A stretch of 54,247 nucleotides of DNA from Nitrospirales bacterium (GTDB taxonomy: Bacteria > Nitrospirota > Nitrospiria > Nitrospirales > UBA8639). A program made the translations under genes and the position numbers. The notes under the pieces are model-generated. The model ran no database searches. It had not been told where the DNA came from and saw only the letters and a list, made by a program, of their open reading frames with translations. Positions within the stretch are counted from its first letter, which is position 1; each line of letters begins with the position of its first letter. Location of the stretch: positions 1 through 54,247 of the forward strand of contig JBATLR010000031.1 of the NCBI GenBank assembly GCA_049289415.1, read 5' to 3'. Shown here one piece after another: positions 10,416 to 20,016 of the stretch.

Positions 10416-11190
10416 ACAGTGAAAATTCCGCGCACAAGACGGTATGGTCAGAGGGGCTTTCCGCACGACGAGGCTGAACATCCACCTTCACCGTGTGAGA
10501 ATAGGGAAGAAGCGGCGGGGTAACCAGAATGTGGTCTATTCGCCACCCACGGTTAGCTTCTAAAGCACCTGGACGTCGATAGTCCCAAAACGTAAATTGC
10601 TGACGGCGCGGAAAATGATGCCGAAATACATCCACGAATCCCCAGGACACCGTCTCCTGATAAGCCCGACGCACTTCTTCATGGAAACACACATGCTTAA
10701 GGTGCTTTTCGGGGCTATGTACGTCAACCGGTTCAGGGGCCACATTCATATCTCCACACCAAATCACGGATTGTCCTGCTGAGACCACACGCGAGAAATA
10801 CCGCCTCAATCGCTGAAACCACCTCAATTTGTAGGCATACTTCGGCGAATCAATCGCAAATCCCTGTGGAACGTAGGTATTAATAATCATGATGCCATTG
10901 ACCACTACTCGAACCAGGCGAGTGGAATCCTCTGGTAGTTCACCGTCATTAAAACCAAATGCCACCGTTTCCGGAGATGCCCTGCTGAATATAGCAACGC
11001 CGTTGTAGGATTTCTCCCCACAAAAGTTAATGACATAGGGTAAGTCGGAAAATGCTTGAAGGGGAAACTCATGATCCTGTACTTTAGTCTCTTGAAGGCA
11101 CATCACATCGGGATTGTGTTGCCGTAACCACTTGTGAAGAATACCGATCCGCTTTCGAATTGAATTGACATTGTAGGTCGCAATCTTCAT
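10414..11190 (-). CDS. xth: Exodeoxyribonuclease III
   Basis: Motifs MKIATYNVNS, LQETK, YNGVAI, GDMNVA, GWRIDH and SDH. Confidence 0.96.
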   Translation of the reverse strand: MKIATYNVNSIRKRIGILHKWLRQHNPDVMCLQETKVQDHEFPLQAFSDLPYVINFCGEKSYNGVAIFSRASPETVAFGFNDGELPEDSTRLVRVVVNGIMIINTYVPQGFAIDSPKYAYKLRWFQRLRRYFSRVVSAGQSVIWCGDMNVAPEPVDVHSPEKHLKHVCFHEEVRRAYQETVSWGFVDVFRHHFPRRQQFTFWDYRRPGALEANRGWRIDHILVTPPLLPYSHTVKVDVQPRRAESPSDHTVLCAEFSL

Positions 11191-11298
11191 TCTTCTTGAA
11201 ACTCCTATTCACCATTCACGCTGCAGACATTCCTCAAACAAAACAAAGGCAGATACTTCTCCACAACCAATCCTTGGGTATGTGAGGGACATGAACTT

Positions 11299-11919
11299 AT
11301 GGCTACCAGTCCTTTCTTCACTCCTGATGAATTGGCCCTCTTGGCCGATCAGGATTTTTTTCGGAAGAAAGCCGAAATTTCGGTCAAAATCAAACAGGTC
11401 CTGGAACACCTCCATGACCGGCTCGAGGCAGAAATCGGCTTCCATCACCTTTTGGCTCCTGAAGGGTTCGACCCTCAAGCCAGTCAATTTGTCAAAGGCG
11501 AACATCTGGAAAATTTCCCCTACCAATATGTCGATTTCCCAAGATTTTATACGCGTGAGAACAAATTCGCGTTCCGTTCCCTCATCTGGTGGGGACACCA
11601 CATGGTTTTCGCTCTGATAGTTGAGGGCCCGCTTGTGAAGCAGTATCGACGCAATCTATTTAATCGATACTCGGAGGTGGCAGACCATCATCTCTGCCTG
11701 TGTCTCAGCCCATCTCTCTGGGAGTGGAAAATGGGACCTGGGTTGACACTTCCGATTACACACGGTCGACGATCAGAAATCGCTGCAACACTCGACCATC
11801 GTACATTCTTTAAAATTGCCAGGTTTCTTCCAATGCATGATCCGGCAGTCAAAACAGGCACCATCGTTGAGGAAGGTCTGAAAACCTTTCAGGCGATCCT
11901 ACCGGTCATTACGGCCTAG
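11299..11919 (+). CDS. Conserved hypothetical protein
   Basis: 206-aa ORF with a GAGGGA Shine-Dalgarno-like site and a conserved-looking KGEHLENFPY-x2-VDFPR...FRSLIWWGH segment. Confidence 0.75.
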   Translation: MATSPFFTPDELALLADQDFFRKKAEISVKIKQVLEHLHDRLEAEIGFHHLLAPEGFDPQASQFVKGEHLENFPYQYVDFPRFYTRENKFAFRSLIWWGHHMVFALIVEGPLVKQYRRNLFNRYSEVADHHLCLCLSPSLWEWKMGPGLTLPITHGRRSEIAATLDHRTFFKIARFLPMHDPAVKTGTIVEEGLKTFQAILPVITA

Positions 11920-11974
11920 ACACACGACACTCGGGCGCAGGGACCTTCACAAAAATGTCCTGCGGTTCCCGACG

Positions 11975-12520
11975 CTATTCTTCCTCAGCCAGACCAAGTA
12001 ATCCGGTGAGCTGATCCACCGAATAGGTCTGTGTGGTCTGAAGAATGATCGATTGAATTCCCGCTGCCTTCAACAGGGTCTCCACAAATCGATCTCGGTC
12101 TTCCCGTCCTGCCGTAGTAGGAACCTCCTTGTTCAAGGTAATCACTGTCATGACTTTAAGTGTCCCAGGATGGGCAAGAACGACATCACAGCGAACAGGC
12201 TGAATCGTTCGCATGGCTGCCTTTCGAGCTTCTTCATCTTTATCGACAACGGACAGGACGCTTAGGAGCGGGATTTTGGCCAAAACCAGCATATGGTCAC
12301 GAGCCGCTAAAGTAATCAAATTGTACAGAGTCGCTTCTTCCGGCGACATGATGGGTCGAGCGGTTACCACACTCTCACCAGATTCAGGATTCAACGCTGG
12401 TAGAACCCCTGCTGGAAGGGGACGGCGCCAGATCCATCGCAACAAAAACACGACTCCGAGCATGAACCCAGCCAGGAGAATCAGTGAGAGTCCGTTCTGA
12501 GACATGAATCTGTCCGTCAT
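11975..12520 (-). CDS. DUF2726-like membrane-anchored protein (PD-(D/E)XK-like fold)
   Basis: N-terminal TM helix and the pattern RPIMSPEE...CDVVL...RDRFVETLLKAAGI. Confidence 0.75.
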   Translation of the reverse strand: MTDRFMSQNGLSLILLAGFMLGVVFLLRWIWRRPLPAGVLPALNPESGESVVTARPIMSPEEATLYNLITLAARDHMLVLAKIPLLSVLSVVDKDEEARKAAMRTIQPVRCDVVLAHPGTLKVMTVITLNKEVPTTAGREDRDRFVETLLKAAGIQSIILQTTQTYSVDQLTGLLGLAEEE

Positions 12521-12559
12521 TTCACCAGTGGGAAAAAGCCCGTAACAATAAGGAACATT

Positions 12560-13720
12560 CTAGGGAAGTCCGTGAATACCGGGAGTGACCGTCCCCAAAA
12601 TAACCGAATGGCGAGCACCCGTGACCTTAGGCAGATTGGCACAGACACCCTTCACGGTTTGATACGCCAGCACCGCAAAGGCCTGCGCCTCAAAGGCCTG
12701 GCTGGATGCCCCACATTCATCCATGCGCATCACGGGAATGGGATCGAACACACCGGACAGTTCTGACCAGAGCCGAGCATTTCGCACCCCTCCACCGCCA
12801 AACACCAACTCATCAGGGACTTCCCTCGTCCACTTTTGCGCCTGGTGAATCACCTGAGCAATAAACCGGCAACTCGTCGCTAAGAGGTCAGAAATAGCCA
12901 AATGGCGACGCTTCGCTTGAGCCCACACACGCTGGATATAGTCCTCTCCAAACATCTCACGCCCAGTGGATTTGGGAGGCCTTCGAGACACATAGGGATG
13001 TGCCAGCAGCCAACGAAGCAAGCCCTTATCCACCTGCCCCTTCATGGCAAGACGACCACCCCGGTCAAATCTGGCTATGCCCTTTGTCTCCATAGCCACC
13101 AATCCATCCAACAACATATTGCAGGGGCCAGTATCAAACGCCCGAACCGCTGCCAGGTTTCCCCCGCCGGGCAATAGGGTCACATTCGCAATCCCTCCTA
13201 GATTGACCACCATTCGTGTGGCATGTTTCTGCGCAAAAAGAAGGGCATGGACATACGGAGTCAATGGAGCTCCCTCTCCACCGACCGCCAGATCTCTGGC
13301 TCGAAAATCCGATACAGTCGTGATTCCGGTACGTTCCGCAATTACATGGGGATCTCCAATTTGCAGTGTCGAACGAATCTGCCCAATACCAGGCTCATAG
13401 ATCGCGGCAGGCCGATGATGAATCGTTTGACCATGCGAGCCGATCAACGCCACTCGTTGAGGAGAAATGCCGGAATGCTTGATGGCTAACAACGCGGTTT
13501 TAGCAAATACTTCGCCCAGGACCACATTGAGGTGACAGATCTGCCCTACGGTTCCCTGCTCACACACTTGTAAAATTCGTTGACGAAGCCTGGGAGCATA
13601 CGGACGACCAACATGTTTGAGCAGGACACTCTTGAGACGATGTCCGGTTCCTCGAATATCCACAACTGCGGCATCCACCCCATCCGCCGATGTCCCTGAC
13701 ATCATCCCCACAATAATCAT
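12560..13720 (-). CDS. anmK: Anhydro-N-acetylmuramic acid kinase
   Basis: Motifs GMMSGTSADGVD, GSHGQT, DFRARD-x3-GGEGAPL, FDTGPCN and PPKSTGRE. Confidence 0.96.
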   Translation of the reverse strand: MIIVGMMSGTSADGVDAAVVDIRGTGHRLKSVLLKHVGRPYAPRLRQRILQVCEQGTVGQICHLNVVLGEVFAKTALLAIKHSGISPQRVALIGSHGQTIHHRPAAIYEPGIGQIRSTLQIGDPHVIAERTGITTVSDFRARDLAVGGEGAPLTPYVHALLFAQKHATRMVVNLGGIANVTLLPGGGNLAAVRAFDTGPCNMLLDGLVAMETKGIARFDRGGRLAMKGQVDKGLLRWLLAHPYVSRRPPKSTGREMFGEDYIQRVWAQAKRRHLAISDLLATSCRFIAQVIHQAQKWTREVPDELVFGGGGVRNARLWSELSGVFDPIPVMRMDECGASSQAFEAQAFAVLAYQTVKGVCANLPKVTGARHSVILGTVTPGIHGLP

Positions 13721-13798
13721 CGATTACCTCGATTCATTGGGCTGCGTGCTTCAAGGGAATGGCACCCGATATGTTGCAAGTCTCGCCATGGTTCATCT

Positions 13799-14230
13799 CT
13801 ACCCATTCAATGGTTTCGTGGGAGGAGCGACATGTTTGCCCCGATCCCAGACCATACCAGTCTGTTCTTTATCAGAAAATCCCAAAGAAGCGTAAAACCC
13901 CTGATAGCGCCTGGTGCAAAGCCAAAACAACTCCACCCGTTCCAACTTGGGATGCGTTAAAATTCGCTGGATAATCCCTTTACCAATATCCCGATCCTGA
14001 TAGGCCCGATCCACGATCACATCCCAAATCGAAGCCCGAAAGATAAAATCCGTCAACACCCTCCCAAATCCGACGAGTCTTGCGCCATCCCAGGCGGAAA
14101 TGGCCACATCCGTATGAGCGAGCATGCGTTCAGTGTCCTCCAGTGAACGATGACAAGCCCAATCCGTTTGGCAGAACAATGCCAAAAGCTGTTGCACCTT
14201 GACGTCATGGGAATCCAAAAAATTGATCAT
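13799..14230 (-). CDS. GNAT-family N-acetyltransferase
   Basis: LVGFGRV, the acetyl-CoA motif DVIVDRAYQDRDIGK, and FYASLGF. The start was placed at ATG 14230. Confidence 0.88.
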   Translation of the reverse strand: MINFLDSHDVKVQQLLALFCQTDWACHRSLEDTERMLAHTDVAISAWDGARLVGFGRVLTDFIFRASIWDVIVDRAYQDRDIGKGIIQRILTHPKLERVELFWLCTRRYQGFYASLGFSDKEQTGMVWDRGKHVAPPTKPLNG

Positions 14231-14299
14231 GCGTTGGCAGATTGTGGCAAGATGTATTACACTAAGTCTACTAGAAATACGTGACAAAAAACTGGAGTC

Positions 14300-14485
14300 G
14301 TGCCGATGTCGATGTTAGTCAGAAAATGTCCAAAATGCAGTAAGTTATTTTGGAAAAAAGAAGAAGAGATCCAATATGCCGACGAGAATACCCTGAAAGT
14401 CGTCTGCAATCACTGTCACCAGACCTTGCGAATTCCGCTCATCACAGAAGGCGCCAATGCCGGCGCCCCGAAAATGGGACATTAG
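14300..14485 (+). CDS. Small zinc-ribbon protein
   Basis: CPKC...CNHC pairs and a GGAG Shine-Dalgarno before the GTG start. Confidence 0.7.
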   Translation: MPMSMLVRKCPKCSKLFWKKEEEIQYADENTLKVVCNHCHQTLRIPLITEGANAGAPKMGH

Positions 14486-14592
14486 GATTTTTAAACCTTC
14501 CCCTTCCAGCATCAGAGTCGCGTGTTTACCAAAATCATAGCCAATTGAAAAGATTCCCCTTCTCTGTTCTTCATCATTAGACTTTTGACTGT

Positions 14593-15318
14593 ATGCGACA
14601 CGAACATTGGGCCGGTTTAGATGTCTGTATTACCGGTGGTGTGGATCACCAAGGGAGCGGCGAGGGACCACTTGTGGTTCTCTTGCATGGATTCGGAGCA
14701 CCAGGGGATGATTTAGTCGCCTTGTGGCGGTATCTCAATGTTTCGGATGACGTCCGTTTCCTCTTTCCTGCCGCTCCACTCCAATTGAGCATGGGCTTTG
14801 GGGACGCCCGAGCTTGGTGGATGCTGGACATGGAACGCCTCACACAAGCCAGGGCCCAAGGGCAGTGGGATGCGTTGTCACAAGAAATCCCCCGTGGCTT
14901 GCCTCCGGCCCGCACCCAAATGCAGGATGTCCTCTCTCTTGCCACAGAAACCTTGTCCGTACCAGCACCATCACTGATCCTTGGAGGGTTTTCCCAGGGA
15001 GCCATGCTGGCAACCGATCTGGTCCTTCATACCGATATTCCCTTCGCAGGATTGGTACTACTATCGGGCACCCTCATTGCCAAGCAAGAATGGCTCACTC
15101 GCCTACCCAATCGCCAAGGTCTCCCGGTATTTCAAAGCCATGGCACCGACGATCCCATTTTATCGTTTTCCATGGCGCAGCAACTTCGTGAGCATTTCCA
15201 AAAGGCTGGATTACCCGTCAGTTGGGTAGAATTCCGTGGGGGCCATGAAATTCCCATTCGAGTATTGCAGGGCCTTGGAGCCTTTCTGCAATTACATCTC
15301 TATCCTTCTCCGCTCTAG
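14593..15318 (+). CDS. Phospholipase/carboxylesterase (alpha/beta hydrolase)
   Basis: LLHGFG, GFSQG nucleophile elbow, HGTDDP and GGHEI. Confidence 0.92.
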   Translation: MRHEHWAGLDVCITGGVDHQGSGEGPLVVLLHGFGAPGDDLVALWRYLNVSDDVRFLFPAAPLQLSMGFGDARAWWMLDMERLTQARAQGQWDALSQEIPRGLPPARTQMQDVLSLATETLSVPAPSLILGGFSQGAMLATDLVLHTDIPFAGLVLLSGTLIAKQEWLTRLPNRQGLPVFQSHGTDDPILSFSMAQQLREHFQKAGLPVSWVEFRGGHEIPIRVLQGLGAFLQLHLYPSPL

Positions 15319-15600
15319 AAAAATAATGCGGTAAAAAATTTAGGAGTCAGGAGACAAAAGGAGGACTCCCTCCTCACCAACTTCCTTCCCTCTCTCCATT
15401 TTTCTTCCTGATGCCTCACTCCTTATCTCACTTCGGATCACGGGCTCTCTCCATACCGCACGGACAGGACTAAACATCGCGTCCCCCTAGAAACCATTCA
15501 TTCTGAGAAGATTCCAGACCCGCATTGCGCAGAAAATTCTCTCTCCGGTATAGTGGGGTTTGCATATTCCATCATATTTCACCAGGATTAAAATTTTTCT

Positions 15601-15849
15601 ATGATGACATTTGAAGAGCTGAGCACTCAACTTCAACAAGCCTTAGGCGATGCCGAAGTTTCGGTCCTTGATCGAACCGGTACCATGGACCATTTTACTG
15701 TCAAAGTCATTTCCAATGCCTTTGAAGGAAAGAATTTATTGGACCGTCATCGAATGATTTACCAAGCCCTCGACGCGCCCATGAAAGACGGACGCATTCA
15801 TGCCCTAGAAATTCAGGCCAAAACCCGCAATGAAGCCCAAGGAGGATAA
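15601..15849 (+). CDS. bolA: BolA/IbaG family protein
   Basis: HF-x-V-x-VIS-x2-FEGK-x4-RHRMIY...IHAL pattern, adjacent to a monothiol glutaredoxin. Confidence 0.92.
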   Translation: MMTFEELSTQLQQALGDAEVSVLDRTGTMDHFTVKVISNAFEGKNLLDRHRMIYQALDAPMKDGRIHALEIQAKTRNEAQGG

Positions 15850-15853
15850 TCTT

Positions 15854-16186
15854 ATGAGTACGCCCATTGAAGACGAAATTAAGAGAGAAATCGCCCAACA
15901 CAAAATTCTCATTTACGGGAAGGGCACCAAGTCTGCCCCACAGTGCGGATTTACCGTGGAGACCATGGAGTTTTTTAACAAATTCGGGTACCCCTATGAA
16001 TTAATCAACGCCTTGCCAAATCCTGAAAAACGGGAGGCTCTTTCTAAAATGACCAACTGGCCAACACTGCCAAAAGTTTTCATTAATGGCCAGTTTTATG
16101 GGGATACGGATGTCTTGGGTCCAATGGAAGAAAAAGGGGAATTGCAGCCACTTTTAAAAGCAGCGTTTCCCGATCAAGCCACCTAA
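15854..16186 (+). CDS. grxD: Monothiol glutaredoxin (Grx4/GrxD family)
   Basis: PQCGFT and WPTLPKVFING motifs, with a GGAGGA Shine-Dalgarno before ATG 15854. Confidence 0.9.
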   Translation: MSTPIEDEIKREIAQHKILIYGKGTKSAPQCGFTVETMEFFNKFGYPYELINALPNPEKREALSKMTNWPTLPKVFINGQFYGDTDVLGPMEEKGELQPLLKAAFPDQAT

Positions 16187-16212
16187 CAAGCAAACCAAAC
16201 GTTTCCTGGCTC

Positions 16213-16251
16213 AACAAGGCCCACCTCAAAAACAGGTGGGCTTTGTTATTT
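16213..16251 (+). terminator. Intrinsic terminator after bolA-grxD
   Basis: Stem AACAAGGCCCACCT / AGGTGGGCTTTGTT followed by ATTT. Confidence 0.75.
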
Positions 16252-16529
16252 GTCTCAGACCTTACCCTAGTCGGAACACTCCTCCAGCAAGACCCCACCT
16301 TTCCTATTGTTCATCACCAAAATTCTCATCACACCTCAGACACTTCCTTCATTGATATCTCTAAGGACCCTGGGGCCGCTCATTGACTCAGGGTTTGAAT
16401 CGTGGCGGGATTATTATGCATCTCTCAGTCTTCCGATTATCTCTCAACCATATGTATTTTTTTGTTGGCCGTTCCTAGCTTATTGAGTTGGGTTTTTGGC
16501 AATTTGGTCAACACTTCACGCGTAATCCC

Positions 16530-16556
16530 TTAAGCATGTTGCCTCTTGTCCGATAG
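16530..16556 (+). promoter_or_regulatory. Putative sigma28 (FliA)-like promoter
   Basis: TTAA-N15-TCCGATAG, ending 35 nt upstream of the TPR gene. Confidence 0.5.
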
Positions 16557-16590
16557 GTTCAACCTGGAACCACTGAGGCAATGAGCCATC

Positions 16591-17370
16591 ATGAGACATC
16601 GCATCTTAGTACCAGAGGCAAAAGCCAAAAGAACATCGAAAGCCCTAGGGTCATCTTCGGTCACGTTCATCGTCAGTATAATCATTGGTCTAGGAATAAT
16701 GACCTGGTCTTCCGCCAAGGGAAGTCATTTAACGCTCCCCGGCTCCCAAGACTTGAGTCATGGAGATGAATCTGACTCTCAGCCTTTCATCCGGCAACTA
16801 GAAAAGATCAACAACTATATCCCTCCTCACGCTCAGCCTGATCGCCAAAATGCCACCTCATCAAAGATTGAGGACTCCGCTCTTCCTACCGATCCCCTTC
16901 ACCCGTCGCCCACCGAACTCAAACCTATAGGATCTCCGCCATCCTATTCTCCTCCATCAAAGAAACCCATACACATCGCAGTCCTGCTTCACAACAATGG
17001 CAGACAAGACCAGACAAATACGGGATGGCGATCGTTGCTAAATGGTCGGCCGGAAGACGCGATAGCGGCTTATCAAGAATCCATCAGGACCGATCCCAAA
17101 TCAGCCGAGGCGTATCTCGGAATGGGCATCGCGCTGAAAAGCCTGGGCTTTATAAGCCATGCCAAAGATGCCATTCAACAGGCGCTTGAACTCAAACCTC
17201 ATCTCTCTTCAGCACTCGTACATCTGGGATACCTCTATGCAGATGGCCACATCGGCCCTTCAGATCCCAAAGCCGCTCACCGACTTTTCCGTCAAGCCTC
17301 TCAACTCGGGGATCCATTTGCCAGCATCGCACTCCTAGACCTGCAATCCCGCTCACGGCCGCAATCCTAA
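16591..17370 (+). CDS. Membrane-anchored TPR/SEL1-repeat protein
   Basis: One TM helix, a Pro/Ser-rich linker, TPRs (AEAYLGMGIAL) and a SEL1-like repeat (LGYLYADG...FRQASQLG). Confidence 0.8.
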   Translation: MRHRILVPEAKAKRTSKALGSSSVTFIVSIIIGLGIMTWSSAKGSHLTLPGSQDLSHGDESDSQPFIRQLEKINNYIPPHAQPDRQNATSSKIEDSALPTDPLHPSPTELKPIGSPPSYSPPSKKPIHIAVLLHNNGRQDQTNTGWRSLLNGRPEDAIAAYQESIRTDPKSAEAYLGMGIALKSLGFISHAKDAIQQALELKPHLSSALVHLGYLYADGHIGPSDPKAAHRLFRQASQLGDPFASIALLDLQSRSRPQS

Positions 17371-17391
17371 TTTCCGGACAACGGGTGGGAT

Positions 17392-17418
17392 TAAGAATGC
17401 CATCCCATGTGCCGATGG
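17392..17418 (+). promoter_or_regulatory. Putative sigma28 (FliA)-like promoter of the pilin operon
   Basis: TAAG-N15-GCCGATGG, close to the consensus TAAA-N15-GCCGATAA. Confidence 0.6.
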
Positions 17419-17507
17419 ATTTTTTATGGGCGTGCCATCTATACCATTTCCATATTCAGCCTGAAACACGGCCAAACGACGCGCCCCTCGTAAAGGAGAA
17501 CTGACAG

Positions 17508-18191
17508 ATGCAAAAAAAACTATTCCGGCCGCTTCATCATTCCCAGGGGTTTACCTTGGTGGAAATGATCGGGGTATTAGCCATTATCGCCATACTGATT
17601 GCCTTGTTACTCCCAAAGATTTTCACCCTGATTGCGTCGTCTAAAGCCAGTTCCCTTGCTGCCGCGGTGAGAACGTATGAGACCGCCGTCACAAAGTATT
17701 ATGGAGACATCGGAACCATCTGGCCTCTCAATGCGGCTGGAACTCCAGCACAAGAGAACGGAGGTAATAGCGCCACTGTTACCTCTCTTGGAGCTCGTTT
17801 AACGCTCGACGCCTCCGATCCGTTGAATACCGGAGGGAATCAATGGAGCCGATTTCGAGGACCCTACCTGGAAAAATTCAATACCAATACCCCTCCGGGA
17901 CTGGGCACAACCATGTACATTCCAGCACAAGCGGCAATCGCACTCGGAACAGCGACCACGGCGACCAATGTGGGATGGGATTTGAAGGGCGACGATGGAA
18001 ACAGCGATCTGCCCACTGGAGCTCGAGTGGCCTACCTCAGGGTCGATGGAGTTTCCGATAACGAATTCAATGAAATCGATGGCATCATTGATTCCGGTGT
18101 TGGATCAACCTTAACCGAACGCCAACTCCGCGGACGCGTGAAATACTCGGCCGCTAATGATCGCCTGTATATTTATCTTATGCATCAATAA
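17508..18191 (+). CDS. Type IV prepilin, probable major pilin
   Basis: Class III signal QG|FTLVEMIGVLAIIAILIALLLP with E5, a strong AAAGGAG Shine-Dalgarno, and first position in the operon. Confidence 0.9.
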   Translation: MQKKLFRPLHHSQGFTLVEMIGVLAIIAILIALLLPKIFTLIASSKASSLAAAVRTYETAVTKYYGDIGTIWPLNAAGTPAQENGGNSATVTSLGARLTLDASDPLNTGGNQWSRFRGPYLEKFNTNTPPGLGTTMYIPAQAAIALGTATTATNVGWDLKGDDGNSDLPTGARVAYLRVDGVSDNEFNEIDGIIDSGVGSTLTERQLRGRVKYSAANDRLYIYLMHQ

Positions 18192-18327
18192 TACAAATAA
18201 ACCTTCTCGTTCATTGGGGGAAGAGTGAGGAAATTCCAACAATGGCTGTGCACACCCCTCCATGGCATCCCTCACAGGCGGAGACCCATTTCTTGCCGCC
18301 CATAATCTTCTCTTAGGGGCCTGGCCC

Positions 18328-20016
18328 ATGCCAACCACACCCACACCTCCCACAGCCGCACGGCCTCTCCTCGGAACGTCTCTCCTCCAAGACGGCTGGA
18401 TCACTCAAGAACAATTGGACTTGGCGATCCGCGAGACGAAGAGAAAAGGGGTAATGCTCGGCCAAACCCTCATTGGCCTGGGATTCATTACCGAAAAAGT
18501 CCTGGCCCATTATCTGGCTGAGGGAACCCAAACCGGCTTAGTCGACCTCTCCACGGTCTTCATCCCACCGGACATTGTCAATCTCATTCCCTACGACATC
18601 GCCACCCAGTTTCAAGTCCTCCCTCTTAGCAGGCAGGGGAATGTGTTGAACCTGGCCATGGCAGATCCGTTGAATATTGTCGCGGTGGATACCATTGAAA
18701 GTCGCATCGGGCTCAACGTCCACACCCACACGGCCCCTGCCCAAGAGTTAATTGAGGCGATCGAGCGGCACTATGCGCACCGGGAATCCATCAAGCAACT
18801 GCTTGATGAATTAATGGTCAAAGGGATCTCCGATCTCGGGGAAGACGGAAGCCGGGTGGCGCCGATGATTCGCTTGTGCAATCAACTCATTACCGCCGCC
18901 ATTCAATCACGGGTGACCGATATCCATGTCGAGCCGGACGAGTACTATTTACGGGTCCGAATGCGCATTGACGGCATTCTCACACAAGAAATTCTCATTC
19001 CAAAACCGCTTCAAGCGCCTATTACCGCTCGGTTTAAACTCATGGCCAATCTTGATCTCACAGAAAAACGAACTCCGCAGGACGGCCGGATCCCCTTTAC
19101 GTTAGGCACTCGCCGAATTGATCTTCGTGTGTCGACCCTGCCAACGAATTTCGGAGAAAGCATTGTCCTCCGCATTCTGGATAAAGGGGCATTGAAGTTA
19201 GAATTCCTGGCGCTGGGGTTTACACCCAACGACCAATCGCGCATCCAATCCCTGATCCAACGTCCTCATGGCATTATCCTCGTGACGGGTCCCACAGGAA
19301 GTGGAAAGACCACGACGTTATATACTGCTCTCCGTCATGTGGATGCGAAAGAAAAAAGTGTGTTTACGCTGGAAGACCCGATCGAATACCAAATGCCTCT
19401 CATTCGCCAAACGCAAGTCAATCCAGACATCGGCATGACCTTTGCCGCCGGACTTCGTGCCCTACTTCGACAAGATCCTGACGTCATTCTTGTTGGTGAA
19501 ATCCGTGATCAAGAAACGGCCGATCTGGCCATGCGCGCGGCCTTAACCGGACATTTGGTTTTTTCCACACTTCACACCAATGATGCGCTAGGGGCCATTC
19601 CCCGTTTAATCGACATGGGTGTGGAAGCCTTCCTCCTCGCCTCCGCCCTGACCGCCATTATCGGACAACGACTCGTTCGGTGTATTTGTCCCGAATGCAA
19701 GGTTGAACGGACAGATGCCTCCACTGTCCTTGCGGATCTTCGAGTGGAATTGCCGGAAAACATTCCCCCGACTCTCTGGACAGGAAAAGGCTGCCACGCA
19801 TGCGCCCAGACAGGCTATAAAGGCCGGGCAGGTATTTACGAAATAATCCAGATTTCGGAGGAACTACATGGGCCTATCGTGCACGGCCCGGATATGGCAG
19901 GTATTCGGGCAATCATCCGGCGAGATCGGATGCCAACGATGTTTGATGACGGACTCATGAAAGCCCTGCAGGGAATCACCACTCTCGAAGAAGTGTTGAG
20001 GGTGACCGGTGGCTAA
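18328..20016 (+). CDS. gspE: GspE/PilB/MshE-family assembly ATPase with an N-terminal MshEN-like domain
   Basis: Walker A GPTGSGKT, LRQDPDVILVGEIRD, tetracysteine CPEC...CHAC and N-terminal LG-x2-L repeats. An alternative start is 18262. Confidence 0.93.
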   Translation: MPTTPTPPTAARPLLGTSLLQDGWITQEQLDLAIRETKRKGVMLGQTLIGLGFITEKVLAHYLAEGTQTGLVDLSTVFIPPDIVNLIPYDIATQFQVLPLSRQGNVLNLAMADPLNIVAVDTIESRIGLNVHTHTAPAQELIEAIERHYAHRESIKQLLDELMVKGISDLGEDGSRVAPMIRLCNQLITAAIQSRVTDIHVEPDEYYLRVRMRIDGILTQEILIPKPLQAPITARFKLMANLDLTEKRTPQDGRIPFTLGTRRIDLRVSTLPTNFGESIVLRILDKGALKLEFLALGFTPNDQSRIQSLIQRPHGIILVTGPTGSGKTTTLYTALRHVDAKEKSVFTLEDPIEYQMPLIRQTQVNPDIGMTFAAGLRALLRQDPDVILVGEIRDQETADLAMRAALTGHLVFSTLHTNDALGAIPRLIDMGVEAFLLASALTAIIGQRLVRCICPECKVERTDASTVLADLRVELPENIPPTLWTGKGCHACAQTGYKGRAGIYEIIQISEELHGPIVHGPDMAGIRAIIRRDRMPTMFDDGLMKALQGITTLEEVLRVTGG

